Notes under the pieces: generated by a model
Seen by the model: the letters and a program-made list of their open reading frames with translations, nothing else
Told to the model about the DNA's origin: nothing
The model's database searches: none
Assembly (NCBI GenBank): GCA_049670825.1
Contig: JBATTX010000380.1
Location: 1 to 38,296, forward strand
Direction: 5' to 3'
DNA: 38,296 nt
Source of the DNA: Arcobacteraceae bacterium
Lineage (GTDB): Bacteria > Campylobacterota > Campylobacteria > Campylobacterales > Arcobacteraceae
Made by a program: the position numbers and the translations under genes
Shown: in pieces, positions 29,137 to 38,296 of the stretch
Layout: each line of letters begins with the position of its first letter
Numbering within the stretch: the first letter of the stretch is position 1

Positions 29137-29904
29137 TTAAGTTATATAAAAAAAGCTACTTCCACTTCCACTAAAATAGCTTTTAGAGGGTAAACTATAG
29201 TTTTCAGGGGTAAGTTCTGGATAGTTTTCTAAAGCTGGTTTATACAGATCGTTAGCCTCATCTATATTCAGACTATGATAAATATCTTTACTTTTCATCT
29301 TTAATAGTTTTAAAGAATCTTCTTTTGATATCTCCTTATAATACTTATTTCTAAAAGAGCTAAAGATTGCCCCTGTATTACATTGTACATCAGGAGTAAA
29401 TGTTTTGATATCTAAAACCTCTTCCTCAAAGGATTTTACTATCTCACCAATACCTGTAACATTGGCACTATCATACTCATAAATAAAAAAAGGTACATCA
29501 GCTCCAATAGTTGCACCTATAGAAGATAATTCATCTTTACTTAACCCTAAATTGCAAACTTCATTGACCATTATCATAAATGTAGCGCAGTTAGAACTTC
29601 CTCCTCCAAGACCAGCAAATTCAGGAATATTTTTTTCTACAACAACTTTATGTTGATTAAAAAACAACTTTACACTGCTTGATAACTCAGATAGTTTTAT
29701 GTATGCTTTATAGATAGTGTTTTGCTCTGTACTGCACCCAAAAGCACCTTCAAGTGTAAAGACAGGAAAATTACCTTTTTCGAAACTCACAATATCATAA
29801 AGGTTTTTGACCCTTACAAAACGAGATACAAGTTCATGATAAGTATCCCTTTTTCCTGCTATTTTTAAAAAAATATTTACTTTTGCATATGATTTTTTAG
29901 TCAT
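29137..29904 (-). CDS. ispE: 4-diphosphocytidyl-2-C-methyl-D-erythritol kinase
   Basis: AKVNIFLKI, KNIPEFAGLGGGSSN, GADVPFF, SGSGSSFF. Confidence 0.95.
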   Translation of the reverse strand: MTKKSYAKVNIFLKIAGKRDTYHELVSRFVRVKNLYDIVSFEKGNFPVFTLEGAFGCSTEQNTIYKAYIKLSELSSSVKLFFNQHKVVVEKNIPEFAGLGGGSSNCATFMIMVNEVCNLGLSKDELSSIGATIGADVPFFIYEYDSANVTGIGEIVKSFEEEVLDIKTFTPDVQCNTGAIFSSFRNKYYKEISKEDSLKLLKMKSKDIYHSLNIDEANDLYKPALENYPELTPENYSLPSKSYFSGSGSSFFYIT

Positions 29905-30721
29905 TGAGTAAAACCTTATTTAAAATATATTTAGGCTCCATATCTTTTATCTCTACAACAGAGAAAAACGTATCAAAGGCAATTAGATATTCACCATCAT
30001 TTTTATTTTCAAAAAAATCAATACTAAGTTTTTTACCCAAGTCAAACCACTCTTTTGTACCTGTATAGTTATTTATGGGTAAATCAAGATAGTCTAAAGG
30101 ATTGAGTGCTTTTTCATCATCATAAAAGAACTCACCTTCATGAAGTCTTTCTAAATAAGACAATGTACCAACATTTTCTAATCTATCTAATAATATTTGT
30201 GCCATACTTCTTATGTAGCTACCTTCACTAACAGTAAGTTCAAACGTTATAAAAGGATGATTGTAGTTAATAAATTTTGTGGCATATACTTCAGAAACTA
30301 TTTTCTTCATCTCAAAATCTACACCCTCACGAGCTAAATTATATGCTCGTTGTCCATCTATTTTTTTTGCACTAAATTTTGGAGGAAGGTACTCTAAAGT
30401 TCCGAGTAATGTTTGTAGTTTCTCTTTGATATCTGATTCATTTAATCGAGCTACATCTTCAATACTATAAACATTTTCAATATCTAAAGACTCACTTTGT
30501 GCTCCTAAAAAAATAGTAGCTCTATAAGATTTTGGAGTTTTTTTTAAAAATCTAAATAACTTAGAGTATTGTCCAAATGCAACAATCAAACATCCACACG
30601 CAAAAGGGTCAAGTGTTCCACTAAATCCTGCTTTTTTATTTTTATATTTTCGTTTTATTCTATTTAAATAAAAATTACTACTTATAAATACAGGTTTTTT
30701 TACTACAAATAATCTATTCAA
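29897..30721 (-). CDS. truB: tRNA pseudouridine(55) synthase
   Basis: GFSGTLDPFA, PPKFSAKKIDG, SEGSYIRS. Confidence 0.95.
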   Translation of the reverse strand: MNRLFVVKKPVFISSNFYLNRIKRKYKNKKAGFSGTLDPFACGCLIVAFGQYSKLFRFLKKTPKSYRATIFLGAQSESLDIENVYSIEDVARLNESDIKEKLQTLLGTLEYLPPKFSAKKIDGQRAYNLAREGVDFEMKKIVSEVYATKFINYNHPFITFELTVSEGSYIRSMAQILLDRLENVGTLSYLERLHEGEFFYDDEKALNPLDYLDLPINNYTGTKEWFDLGKKLSIDFFENKNDGEYLIAFDTFFSVVEIKDMEPKYILNKVLLND

Positions 30722-30732
30722 TCACTCTACCC

Positions 30733-32769
30733 TTAAATTTTTTCTACAAATGATGATAATATATCTCGTTTCATTCCACCAAAATTGATCTTTAATTTTA
30801 AATCTTTTCCAGCTTTTTGAACACTTAAAATTCTACCCATCCCAAATATTTTATGTTTTACTAAATCATCTTTTTTAAATGCAGAATTTTTTTCTATTGT
30901 TAAACTCCCTTTAATAAGATCTGATTCAGTTAAAAACCTACTTTTTACGAGTTGTGTTCTTCTACCTTTATAAAATCTACTGTGCACAAAACTCATAGTA
31001 AGTTCATCACACGCTCTAGTAATTGCAACATAGCCAAGTCGCCGTTCCTCTTCTAAGTTACTTCCATCACCAACTAAGGGGAAGAAGCCCTCTTCCATCC
31101 CTACAATAAAAAGATGCTTGAACTCTAAACCTTTACTTGCATGTATACTCATCAACGAGATATACTCATCACTAATACTATCTGCAGCACTTTCTAATGA
31201 TATTTCATTTAAAAAGTCTTCTAAATTCAACTCAATGTGTTTGATGAAATAATCTCGTAAATATCCGTAAAATTCATCAATATTTGCTAGTCTATCATCT
31301 GCATCAATCACTTTTACATAGGTTGATTTAAAATCAAAAGTATCTTCAAATTGATCAATAAATCTCATTTTTGTTTCTTCTAAAATATCTTGTAAATCTT
31401 CAACAGATGCCATAAATACTTTTAGTGTACGAGAGTTCTTTTTACCAACAAGAGCAGTAAGTTCATCAGCTGAATACTCTTTTATAATGCTAAACATAGA
31501 TTTAGATTCTTTAATCGATTCTAACTCTAACTTATCAATCGTCATTTTACCAATACCACGTTTTGGTTTATTGATAATTCTTTTGATAGAAAAATTATCA
31601 TTTGCATTAGTAATCACTCTAAAGTATGCAATCAAATCTTTAATTTCTGCTCTTTCATAGAACTTTAAACCACCTACAAGTTTGTAGTTAATATTTGCAC
31701 GATTAAGCCCCTCTTCTAAAGCACGACTTAAAGCATTTACTCTATATAAAATTGCAATATCTTTTGCTGATTCGCCATTTTCAATAAGCTTTTTTATATC
31801 TTCTGTGATTTTACGAGTTTCTTCATTTTCATCTTGAGATTCGTAAACTCTTATAGAATTTCCTTCACCTCTAGTTCCAACAAGTTTTTTACCAAGTCTA
31901 TCACGGTTATGTTCAATCAATGAGTTTGCATGAAAAAGTATTTTATTTGTGGAACGATAATTTTCCTCTAATTTAATGACAAGTGTATTTTCAAATGTTT
32001 CACCAAACGTAAGAATATTTTTAATAGTAGCACCACGCCAACCATAAATAGACTGATCATCATCCCCCACTACACATAAATTAGTATGTTGATGACACAG
32101 TTTTTTAAGAAGCATATATTGTAATTCATTAGTATCTTGGTACTCATCAACCATAATATATTTGTACCGTTCACTGGTCTCTTTTGCTAAGTCATCATTT
32201 GTAGAGAGGATTTTGTATGTTAAGAGAATCAAATCATCAAAATCCACTAAATTATTTTGTTCTAAATAGTTTTCATATTTCTCATATACATCTGCAATTT
32301 GGGCATACATTTTATCTTGCGCAGATGCTTTAGCTTCAGCAATAGAAACAACTGAGTTTTTAAATTTTGAAATCTCCGAAGCTAATACAGCTGTAGTAGT
32401 TTCTTTATCTATTGATTTTAAAATACGCTTTTTATCATCACTATCTATAATTACAAAATTGTTTTTTCGTCCCAATTTGTTAATATGAAATTTTAAAAAA
32501 AGTAAACCAAATTTATGAAAAGTACACAGTAAAGGGGGATAAGTGCTATTATCAATCATTGAAAAAGCTCTTTCTCTCATCTCTGTTGCTGCTTTATTGG
32601 TAAATGTAAGTGTCAAAATTGACGATGGGTCTATACCAATAGAGATAAGATAAGCAAGTCGTGTAGTAATTGTTTTTGTTTTACCACTTCCTGCACCTGC
32701 TAAAATCAACATAGGTCCATCTATGTGTTGTGCTGCTATTTTTTGTGAGTCATTTAAAGTAGATAACAT
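30733..32769 (-). CDS. uvrD: ATP-dependent DNA helicase UvrD/PcrA
   Basis: AGAGSGKT, VDEYQD, VGDDDQSIYGWRGA, NYRS, HASKGLEF, EEERRLGYVAITRA, C-terminal Tudor-like VKHKIFGMG. Confidence 0.93.
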   Translation of the reverse strand: MLSTLNDSQKIAAQHIDGPMLILAGAGSGKTKTITTRLAYLISIGIDPSSILTLTFTNKAATEMRERAFSMIDNSTYPPLLCTFHKFGLLFLKFHINKLGRKNNFVIIDSDDKKRILKSIDKETTTAVLASEISKFKNSVVSIAEAKASAQDKMYAQIADVYEKYENYLEQNNLVDFDDLILLTYKILSTNDDLAKETSERYKYIMVDEYQDTNELQYMLLKKLCHQHTNLCVVGDDDQSIYGWRGATIKNILTFGETFENTLVIKLEENYRSTNKILFHANSLIEHNRDRLGKKLVGTRGEGNSIRVYESQDENEETRKITEDIKKLIENGESAKDIAILYRVNALSRALEEGLNRANINYKLVGGLKFYERAEIKDLIAYFRVITNANDNFSIKRIINKPKRGIGKMTIDKLELESIKESKSMFSIIKEYSADELTALVGKKNSRTLKVFMASVEDLQDILEETKMRFIDQFEDTFDFKSTYVKVIDADDRLANIDEFYGYLRDYFIKHIELNLEDFLNEISLESAADSISDEYISLMSIHASKGLEFKHLFIVGMEEGFFPLVGDGSNLEEERRLGYVAITRACDELTMSFVHSRFYKGRRTQLVKSRFLTESDLIKGSLTIEKNSAFKKDDLVKHKIFGMGRILSVQKAGKDLKLKINFGGMKRDILSSFVEKI

Positions 32770-32932
32770 AATACTTCTTTCATCTAATATACTTTATTAT
32801 AGCATTTTATTAATAAAGGAATCTCATTAAGTGTAAAATTGAAATATTTTTTATTAGTTTTTCTAATAGTTAATTATTATTTACATTAATATATGTTATT
32901 ATTCTCATTATAAAAACTTAAAAGGTTAAATC

Positions 32933-33832
32933 ATGTTAACAGATTTTACAAAATTAAATACTTTTCTAACAGTTGTAAAAGAGAAATCATTTTCAAAAGC
33001 TTCCGCAAAACTTGGTATTTCTCAACCTGCAGTTACACAACAAATGAGATTTTTAGAAACATATCTTGATGCTACAATTGTAGACAGAAAGAAAAATGGA
33101 ATTAGTCTAACTAAAGAGGGTGAAAAGCTCTACGCTATTGCACAAAAAATTGAAAAAGTAATTTTAAATGGAGAGAAAGAACTCTTAAAAATTATCAATA
33201 AAGATATTACATTTATTTTTGGTGCATCAAATGCAATTGGAAACTATATCTTACCAACATTCTTAAATGATATTAAAGCAAAAATCAACAATGATGTAAG
33301 TGTTACTATTGCAGCAAGTGATAAATGTATCGAAGCTTTAAAAGATAAAAAAATAGATATGGCACTTATAGAATCACCTATATTCGAAGATGGAATCATC
33401 TATAGAGAGTGGCTTGAAGATGAGATTGTTATATTTTCAAATCAAAAACTTCCAAAAAGACTAAAAAATGAAGATTTATTATCATTTAAATGGATATGTA
33501 GAAATCCTAATAGTCATACAAGAAAACTTTTTAAAGATGCACTAGAACAATCTAATATGCAAGATTGTGAATCATTTAATATGATAAGTGAAGCATCATC
33601 ACCTACAGCAATTATGCAAACTGTTTTACATAGTTCAAAAGAGGATGTTCCAACTGTTTCAATTGTATCAACTCATGCAATCAAAGAGTATGTAAAAAAT
33701 GGTATGTTATTTGAAGCTAGACTTCCTGAAATTAAAATGCATAGAAAACTTTACATTGCTTATTTAAAAGAGAGAAAACATGATGCTTTTGTTGATACAG
33801 TTATCAACTACTTAATGACAATTAAAAAATAA
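32933..33832 (+). CDS. LysR-family transcriptional regulator
   Basis: SFSKASAKLGISQPAVTQQ HTH followed by a substrate-binding domain. Confidence 0.93.
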   Translation: MLTDFTKLNTFLTVVKEKSFSKASAKLGISQPAVTQQMRFLETYLDATIVDRKKNGISLTKEGEKLYAIAQKIEKVILNGEKELLKIINKDITFIFGASNAIGNYILPTFLNDIKAKINNDVSVTIAASDKCIEALKDKKIDMALIESPIFEDGIIYREWLEDEIVIFSNQKLPKRLKNEDLLSFKWICRNPNSHTRKLFKDALEQSNMQDCESFNMISEASSPTAIMQTVLHSSKEDVPTVSIVSTHAIKEYVKNGMLFEARLPEIKMHRKLYIAYLKERKHDAFVDTVINYLMTIKK

Positions 33833-33847
33833 AATCATCCAAATACA

Positions 33848-33881
33848 AAAAAAGGGAAGTAAATAATTACTTCCCTTTTTT
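33848..33881. terminator. Bidirectional terminator between the LysR gene and rny
   Basis: AAAAAAGGGAAGTAA-ATAA-TTACTTCCCTTTTTT. Confidence 0.8.
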
Positions 33882-35409
33882 ATCTTGCATAACCAACAGA
33901 TCGTAACTCTCGTATTACATTTACTTTTATCTCACCTGGATACTTTACTTTATCCTCAATCTCTTTTGCAATTTCATTTGCCATGAGAATAGATTCATCA
34001 TCGTTTACAAGTTTTGCATTTACAATAACTCGTAACTCTCGTCCTGCATTAATAGCATAAGTATTTACAACGCCCTCTTTACTTGTAGCAATCGCTTCAA
34101 TCTCTTCGACTCTATTTAAAAAGCTTTCAAGAACTTCTCTTCTTGCCCCTGGACGTGCAGCACTTAAAGCATCAGCAGCACAAACTGCTGCTGATTCGAT
34201 ACTTGAAGCTTCCTCATGTCCATGATGCGCATAAATAGAATTGATAACCTCTTCTGGCTCACCCAATTTTCTACATAAATCTGCTCCAATATCCACATGT
34301 GAACCTGGCATATCATGAGTTAATGCTTTTCCAATATCGTGCATAAGCCCTGCTCTTCTTGCTAAAATAGTATCTCCACCAAGTTGAGCAGCAATCAGTC
34401 CAGCTAAATTTGCTACCTCAAGTGTATGAGCTAAAGCATTTTGTCCATAACTAGCTCGATATCGTAATCGTCCAATTAAATGAATCAGCTCTTTATGCAT
34501 ATTTTTAATTCCAAGCGCTGCAATCGTGTCTTCACCCTCTTTAAAAATATTTTTATCAAACTCATTTTTAACAGTATTATAAACCTCTTCTATTTTTGCA
34601 GGATGGATACGTCCATCTTTTAAAAGCAGTTCAATAGTTCGCGTTGAGATTGCTCGTCTATAAAGATTAAAACTACTAACAGTAATAGTATTTGGAATAT
34701 CACCTATAATGATATCAACACCCAAGCAAAACTCAAGTGCTTTGATATTTCTTCCCTCTTTACCAATAATCTTCCCTTTTGCTTCTTCATCAGGAAGTGG
34801 AATATGATTGATAAGTCTCTCTGCTGCGAATTCACCTGCATATCTTGTAACTGCCGTAGATAATATATTATTTATCTCTTTTGTTGATTCCTCTTTTGCA
34901 AGCTTATACTCTTTTCTAAATAATGATGCTATCTCTGCACGATTATCCTCTTTTGCTTGCTCAAGCATAAATGATGTTGCTTCAGCTTTAGTAAGCCCAC
35001 TTGCATTTTCTAATATTTTTTCAACTTTTTTAATTTTTGAATCATAAAGCTTTTTCTGAGTTTCTAATCCTGATTGCAAAGCTTGCACTTCAGATTTTGC
35101 ATTTTCAATTATTGATTGGTCTTTTTTATTTTTTAATAATTGTTCATCAATAAAAATCTCAAGCTCTTTTTGCTTTTGTTCTAATTCTTTTTTTAAGTTT
35201 TTAAACTCTTTTTCATAGTCTCTACGTGCTTTATTTTTTGCATCATTTAAAATAGCTTGAGCCTCATGCTCAATAACTTTTGATGTCGCTATAGCTTTTT
35301 CTGTATATATATCAAATTTTGCACTATTTAGTTTGTTTGCAATAACAACACTAATGATAGATACAATAAGAGATATTACAGAAACAATTAATATTATTTC
35401 TATTTCCAT
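33880..35409 (-). CDS. rny: Ribonuclease Y
   Basis: N-terminal TM, coiled coil, KH domain (KGKIIGKEGRNI), HD domain (HDIGK), ADALSAARPGARRE. Confidence 0.96.
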   Translation of the reverse strand: MEIEIILIVSVISLIVSIISVVIANKLNSAKFDIYTEKAIATSKVIEHEAQAILNDAKNKARRDYEKEFKNLKKELEQKQKELEIFIDEQLLKNKKDQSIIENAKSEVQALQSGLETQKKLYDSKIKKVEKILENASGLTKAEATSFMLEQAKEDNRAEIASLFRKEYKLAKEESTKEINNILSTAVTRYAGEFAAERLINHIPLPDEEAKGKIIGKEGRNIKALEFCLGVDIIIGDIPNTITVSSFNLYRRAISTRTIELLLKDGRIHPAKIEEVYNTVKNEFDKNIFKEGEDTIAALGIKNMHKELIHLIGRLRYRASYGQNALAHTLEVANLAGLIAAQLGGDTILARRAGLMHDIGKALTHDMPGSHVDIGADLCRKLGEPEEVINSIYAHHGHEEASSIESAAVCAADALSAARPGARREVLESFLNRVEEIEAIATSKEGVVNTYAINAGRELRVIVNAKLVNDDESILMANEIAKEIEDKVKYPGEIKVNVIRELRSVGYAR

Positions 35410-35420
35410 CTTATAAACCT

Positions 35421-35966
35421 TTACGTTGTAATTATATAATCTGGCTCTATATCATGATCTGATGTTACTATCTCTTGCGATTTACAAAGTTTCAATTGTG
35501 TAAAAATGGTTATTGGACGGACTTTTAATCTTTCAAAAAAACGATCATACATCCCTGCACCAAAACCAATTCTACGATACGTATCATCTATTCCAACAAT
35601 AGGCACTATTGCCATATCTAGTTTAATATCATTATTTCTAAATCGTGAAAAATTCGGTTCTTTAATACCAAATCTTTTTACATTTAGAGGTAATCTAAAC
35701 TTTACAGGAACAAATGAGTCTCCTTTCATAAAAGGTACATATACCTCAATATTTTTTCTTTTTCTTAATTCTGTAATTATTGGCATCACATCCACTTCTG
35801 AATACAAAGGGATATAAAGCAATATTTTTTTAGGTCTGTGAAAATCAATAATTTTTTTAATCTCTAAACATATATTTTTATTTTTTTTAATCTTTCCAAC
35901 ATTACTAAAAAATCGTAATCTTTTTAAAGCTAATGATCTAAAATTAGCTTTATTTATCAGTGACAT
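35421..35966 (-). CDS. 5-formyltetrahydrofolate cyclo-ligase
   Basis: FGIKEP and RIGFGAGMYDRF motifs. Confidence 0.92.
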   Translation of the reverse strand: MSLINKANFRSLALKRLRFFSNVGKIKKNKNICLEIKKIIDFHRPKKILLYIPLYSEVDVMPIITELRKRKNIEVYVPFMKGDSFVPVKFRLPLNVKRFGIKEPNFSRFRNNDIKLDMAIVPIVGIDDTYRRIGFGAGMYDRFFERLKVRPITIFTQLKLCKSQEIVTSDHDIEPDYIITT

Positions 35967-36020
35967 ATCTAAGCCTTTTTAGGATAAAATCCACATACAT
36001 TTTATCAGAAGGAACTAAAA

Positions 36021-36599
36021 ATGAAGATTAAAAAAATTGCGATATTAAGTTTTTTAGCACTATTACTAATTACTGGTTGTGGTGACAAAGAACAAATAGA
36101 TGAAAATATCGTAGTCGAATCTAAAAAAGAGATAACACCAAAATTTGATTTAAAAACTACTACAGGAAAAGATATATCAATTATTGTAAATAAAGAGGGT
36201 TGGGAGTTTAAAGGATTAGAAGACAAAGTTATATTACTGAACTTTTTTGGAACTTGGTGTCCACCTTGTAAAGCTGAAATACCACACTTAAATACTATTA
36301 GAAGTAAACTTAAAAAAGATTTTGAAATACTTGCAGTTGATGTAGGACCAAGAGGTGGAGGATATAATACACAAGAACACCTAGAAGAGTTTATAAAAGA
36401 GTTTAATGTAACATATCCGATTGTTTCAGGTGAATCAGCAAAAAAATTATTTGGAGCTGTTAGTGAACTTAATCCTTCTGGTTCAATTCCATTTATGGTT
36501 TTATTCAATAAAAAAGGCCAATATGTGCAATATTATATAGGTATGAAACCAGAAGAGATGTTATTTCATGATATTACTGCAACAATAAAGATGAAATAA
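36021..36599 (+). CDS. TlpA-family thiol:disulfide oxidoreductase lipoprotein
   Basis: Lipobox LITGC; NFFGTWCPPCKAEIP. Confidence 0.92.
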   Translation: MKIKKIAILSFLALLLITGCGDKEQIDENIVVESKKEITPKFDLKTTTGKDISIIVNKEGWEFKGLEDKVILLNFFGTWCPPCKAEIPHLNTIRSKLKKDFEILAVDVGPRGGGYNTQEHLEEFIKEFNVTYPIVSGESAKKLFGAVSELNPSGSIPFMVLFNKKGQYVQYYIGMKPEEMLFHDITATIKMK

Positions 36600-37561
36600 T
36601 GTTTGGAATATTTAAAAAGAAAACAAAAGAAATAGTAGAAGAACAAGTTGTTCAATCTCAAGAAGAGGTAGAACAACAAGAGAAAGAGCAGAAAAAAGGT
36701 TTTTTTTCGCGTGCTTTAGAAAAAACAGTAAGTAATCTTAAATCAATTATTCCAGAAAAGAAAGAAAAAATTGAATTTGATGTAATTGAAGAGATTTTAA
36801 TTGAAGCTGATATGGAATATGAGATTATAGAGAAAGCTATGGATGGACTTCCTGATATGATTACCAGAGACCAATTAAGACATAGACTTGTAATGCTCTT
36901 TGAACATGCTCCTATAATTGATAAATCAACTCTACCTACACCTTATGTAGAGCTTATAATTGGGGTAAATGGAGCAGGAAAAACAACAACTATTGCAAAA
37001 CTTGCTAATAGATATAAAAAAAGTGGTAAGAGTGTCGTTTTAGGAGCTGGTGACACATTTAGAGCAGCAGCAATCGAACAACTTGCAACTTGGGCAGATA
37101 AACTAGATGTGCCAATTATCAAAACAAAACATGGTCATGATCCTAGTGCCGTTGCTTATGATACCATCAGCTCAGCTATTTCAAAAAATATTGACCATGC
37201 TATTATTGATACTGCTGGTAGATTACAAACACAAAAAAACCTTGCAAATGAATTGAAAAAAATTGTAAAAGTTTGTAACAAAGCAAAAGATGGTGCTCCT
37301 CATCAAAAAATTATGATTTTAGATGGTACACAAGGAAATACAGCAATAGCGCAAGCAAAAGCATTTCACGAGATGGTTGACATCGATGGAATTATTGTAA
37401 CAAAACTTGATGGTACAGCAAAAGGTGGTGCACTATTTTCAATCTCTAACCAACTGGAACTTCCAATTTTTTATATTGGTATTGGTGAAAAACAAGATGA
37501 CTTAATCGAATTTAGTCCAGATCAATTTGTAGATAGTCTTTTAGATGAAATCTATACATAA
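36599..37561 (+). CDS. ftsY: Signal recognition particle receptor FtsY
   Basis: GVNGAGKTTT, DTFRAAA, DTAGR, TKLDGTAKGG. Confidence 0.97.
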   Translation: MFGIFKKKTKEIVEEQVVQSQEEVEQQEKEQKKGFFSRALEKTVSNLKSIIPEKKEKIEFDVIEEILIEADMEYEIIEKAMDGLPDMITRDQLRHRLVMLFEHAPIIDKSTLPTPYVELIIGVNGAGKTTTIAKLANRYKKSGKSVVLGAGDTFRAAAIEQLATWADKLDVPIIKTKHGHDPSAVAYDTISSAISKNIDHAIIDTAGRLQTQKNLANELKKIVKVCNKAKDGAPHQKIMILDGTQGNTAIAQAKAFHEMVDIDGIIVTKLDGTAKGGALFSISNQLELPIFYIGIGEKQDDLIEFSPDQFVDSLLDEIYT

Positions 37562-37570
37562 AATATATTG

Positions 37571-37750
37571 ATGGAGAAAATCAAAAAAACTGAGCCTTGC
37601 AGAAATTGTAAGGCAGAAGTAGAAACAAACGTGAGAAGATGTCAGTACTGTGGAATTTTAAATCCAACAGTAAAAACAAAAGATGTGTTTATAACGATAT
37701 TTATCATTATAACTGTAATGAGTCTATATACCTATTTTATTGGGCAATAG
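37571..37750 (+). CDS. Small zinc-ribbon membrane protein, 59 aa
   Basis: CRNC...CQYC followed by a C-terminal TM segment; directly after ftsY. Confidence 0.7.
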   Translation: MEKIKKTEPCRNCKAEVETNVRRCQYCGILNPTVKTKDVFITIFIIITVMSLYTYFIGQ

Positions 37751-38120
37751 CCTCATCTATAGTTTGAAGAAGTTTCATAACATCTACTGGCTTCATGACG
37801 TATGCACTCATACCTACGTCTTGTAATTTTTCAACCTCTTCATTTTGACTTCCAAAAGCTGTCGTAACAACAATCGGAATTGTAGCATTTATTTTTCTAA
37901 TTTCTTTAATCATAGTAAGTCCATCCATTACAGGCATTGATAAATCAGTAATAACTAAATCAAACTCTTCATCAGAAAATTTGTCTAATCCCTCTTTACC
38001 ATTATCTGCAACTACAAGCTTGCTGATTATAGATTCTATGGAACTACTAGTGATGTCTCGTAACGCTATTTCGTCCTCAACATATAATACTCGTAGTGTC
38101 TTAATCAATTCGATATTCAT
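37737..38120 (-). CDS. Single-domain response regulator (receiver only)
   Basis: LYVEDE, TDLSMPVMDG, YVMKP; no output domain. Confidence 0.9.
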   Translation of the reverse strand: MNIELIKTLRVLYVEDEIALRDITSSSIESIISKLVVADNGKEGLDKFSDEEFDLVITDLSMPVMDGLTMIKEIRKINATIPIVVTTAFGSQNEEVEKLQDVGMSAYVMKPVDVMKLLQTIDEAIAQ

Positions 38121-38296
38121 TCAAGCTTCCCCTTACTCTCATTAATCTGTGAAATTATACTATATTTTTACCTTAATTCTCTTAATCATTAATGATTTGT
38201 CACATTTATGTAATAAACTTTGTACTTATTTTGATAATACTTCATTAGTAAATTTTGTAAGTTTGTTTGTATTGAGGGGCTAAACCAAGCGTTATT

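Noticed and set aside
4593..32769. Two UvrD-family helicases as a recent duplication or defence helicase
   Set aside because: They are highly diverged and look like ordinary housekeeping paralogs; neither has an adjacent nuclease partner.
35967..36020. Possible 6S RNA upstream of the 5-FTHF cyclo-ligase gene (a common linkage)
   Set aside because: The intergenic space is only 54 nt, too short for 6S RNA.
1..38296. Phase-variable poly-G/C tracts, IS elements, tRNA or rRNA genes
   Set aside because: I saw no long G/C homopolymer, transposase motif, or GC-rich structured RNA block.

Overview
Very AT-rich bacterial chromosome segment. Gene content and order (frdCAB next to a dynamin-like pair; helicase-truB-ispE; ftsY-tlpA divergent from a 5-FTHF cyclo-ligase gene and rny) point to Campylobacterota, probably Arcobacteraceae; this is inferred from protein similarity, not from a search. 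Most of the window is housekeeping. The more interesting parts are: (1) a five-gene operon at 6848-10493 encoding a secreted 8-Cys, Met/Lys-rich repeat precursor peptide, a DUF692/MNIO enzyme, a DUF2063-type partner and a coupled CrdRS/DccRS-like two-component system, preceded by an 11-bp-period CTACACA direct repeat. It looks like a bufferin/HvfA-type RiPP metallophore under two-component control. (2) Two back-to-back modules at 18723-28418, each pairing a cNMP-CBS-DUF294 nucleotidyltransferase and a stand-alone DEDDh nuclease with a different acetate-type SSS transporter. (3) A single in-frame TAA that splits the second dynamin-like gene. (4) A possible IgaA/UmoB-like membrane protein. No rRNA, tRNA, CRISPR array or transposase was seen. 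All family assignments come from motif recognition by eye, with no database search.
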